From NCBI GenBank assembly GCA_977017645.1, contig OZ360241.1:28892001-28956000 (forward strand): DNA of 64,000 nt. Reading direction: 5' to 3'. The stretch's first letter is position 1; each line of letters starts with the position of its first letter. This DNA comes from Torpedo marmorata (lineage: Eukaryota). Made by a program: the position numbers and the translations under genes. Shown in pieces: positions 62,601 through 64,000 of the stretch. The notes under the pieces were generated by a model that saw only the letters and a list, made by a program, of their open reading frames with translations, was not told the origin of the DNA and made no database searches.

Positions 62601-64000
62601 AACTGATTTGGAACAGAAATCCTCATGTACCTAACAAAAGGGAAAGTCATCAGAGAAGAAAAGCAGGCCAAGCAGTTGTAAGCTTAAACAGTCATTGTCT
62701 CTCTCTCCAACGTTCATTAAGAAGTCCTTCGTGCCAGCACACAGAGCTGAATTTGGACCATGAACACAGAGAGTGATTTTTGTAGAATGTATTTTTGGGA
62801 CTGACTAATTTTTATGACTGACCTGGGGTTTTGGGGAAGGTTTTCCATTTTTACATGAGGGTTGGGCACAGACTGTAATGGTCTGGGCTTTACACACACA
62901 CACACTCTTTAGATAAGAATAGTGATTATAGACATTTATAGTGGGGTTAATTGTTAAGAAATTATATGTTTAATTGTCTTTTATAAATATAAATTTCAAT
63001 TTTACCCCTTTTGCATTGCATCTTCTGTCGTTGCTGGTTTGAGTTTGTAACAAATTGGGGGCTCGTCTGAGGATTGAATCAAGCTCCAGCTTGGTAATTG
63101 AAGGAATCCCAGTCTGGTTTAAGACATTCCTTTTGCAAAGCTAATTAAAAGCTCGTGTGTGTGTAACAAAAAAATAGCAACAATGGATGTGGAGAATATT
63201 TTGGAATCACCTAAACCTGATACTTTAAAAAAGGCTAAAAAGGAACAGTTAGTGGCTATAGCAAAAGGGTTAGGCATTGCTTCTGTAAAACCATCAATGA
63301 AAAAGGCAGAGATTGGGAGAAAAATTGCCAAATACTATCTAAAAGGGAAAACGTTTGAGGAGAGCGTGTAAGAGCAGTTTCCCAAGGGTAAACCTTCTTA
63401 AAACCTACAGTTGGAACTAAAGAAATTGGAATTGGAGGCAGCCAGGGAACAAAAAAGAAATTAGACAGGGAATTGGAACAAAAGAGATTAGACTTGGAGG
63501 CAGCCAGAGAACAAAAGAGATTAGACTTGGAGGCAGCCAGAAAACAAAGGAGATAAGACTTAGAGAGAGAGAGGAGAACATTAGGCAATATGAGCTGGAA
63601 AAGATTAAGTTGGAAAATGAGAGGAGACAAGAAGAGCACCAAGATCAAATTCGTGGTCCAGTTGAGAGGTTTTTGGCCAGTAGAGAAGTTAGGTTGGTTC
63701 CTCCATTTCAGGAGGCGGAAATAGATAAGTACTTCTCGCATTTTGAGAAGGTGGCTGTGAAATTAAAATGGCTACAAGACCAATGGTCTCTTATGTTACA
63801 AAGTATAATTAAAGGAAAAGCTCAGCAAGCTTATTGTACTCTTACCACGGAGCAAGCTGCTGATTATGAAACGGTGAAAAAGGCTATACTCCAGGCTTAT
63901 GAGTTATTTCCAGAGGCTTATAGACAGAAGTTTAGAAATTTACAAAGATCAGCAACCCAATCTTACAGAGTTTGCCTTTGAAAAGTTTGTGTGTTTTTTT
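59629..64000 (+). mobile_element. Third Gmr1-type element: 5' LTR (59629-63052, split by L1), PBS and gag running off the window
   Basis: TGTTATGGACCATG..GTAACA, PBS at 63056, and gag ATG at 63183 homologous to 44329 and 49154. Confidence 0.9.
59688..62263 (+). mobile_element. 5'-truncated L1-clade LINE with a long open RT region
   Basis: YRPISLLNVDYKI, LDAEKAFD, TRQGCPLSP, LFADD and a C-terminal CCHC. It has a polyA tail and a 16-bp TSD AGGAAGGATGAAGTCA at 59672-59687 and 62264-62279. Confidence 0.95.

Overview
This is vertebrate genomic DNA, almost certainly from a cartilaginous fish (shark, ray or skate). That call is an inference from the cluster-type Ig organisation and the V-SINE/CR1/Penelope repeat content. 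The only host gene I can support is one compact, unrearranged immunoglobulin light-chain cluster on the + strand, most like the sigma isotype. It runs: octamer/TATA promoter, leader exon 33418-33463, V 33568-33893 with 12-RSS, J 34274-34310 with a perfect heptamer but degenerate 23-spacer nonamer, C 36501-36823, polyA signal 37162. Its V ends in an in-frame TAG 3 nt before the RSS and has Phe in place of the FR2 Trp. Around it lie traces of cluster duplication and decay: (1) a 5'-truncated, frameshifted second V with an intact RSS (55497-55804), fused by microhomology to sequence from about 18 kb upstream of the first V; (2) an inverted copy of the cluster's upstream and downstream flanks with no J or C; (3) an ancient tandem duplication (about 5-29 kb) carrying leader-like/V-like relics, with another relic at 42.3-42.8 kb. 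The rest is transposon-derived: a full-length degenerate CR1, Penelope elements with hammerhead-like termini, Gmr1-type Gypsy elements (integrase before RT, tRNA-Pro PBS), L1-type insertions with TSDs, V-SINEs and a hAT MITE. There are two assembly gaps. All alignments were done by eye, and TE boundaries without TSDs are approximate.
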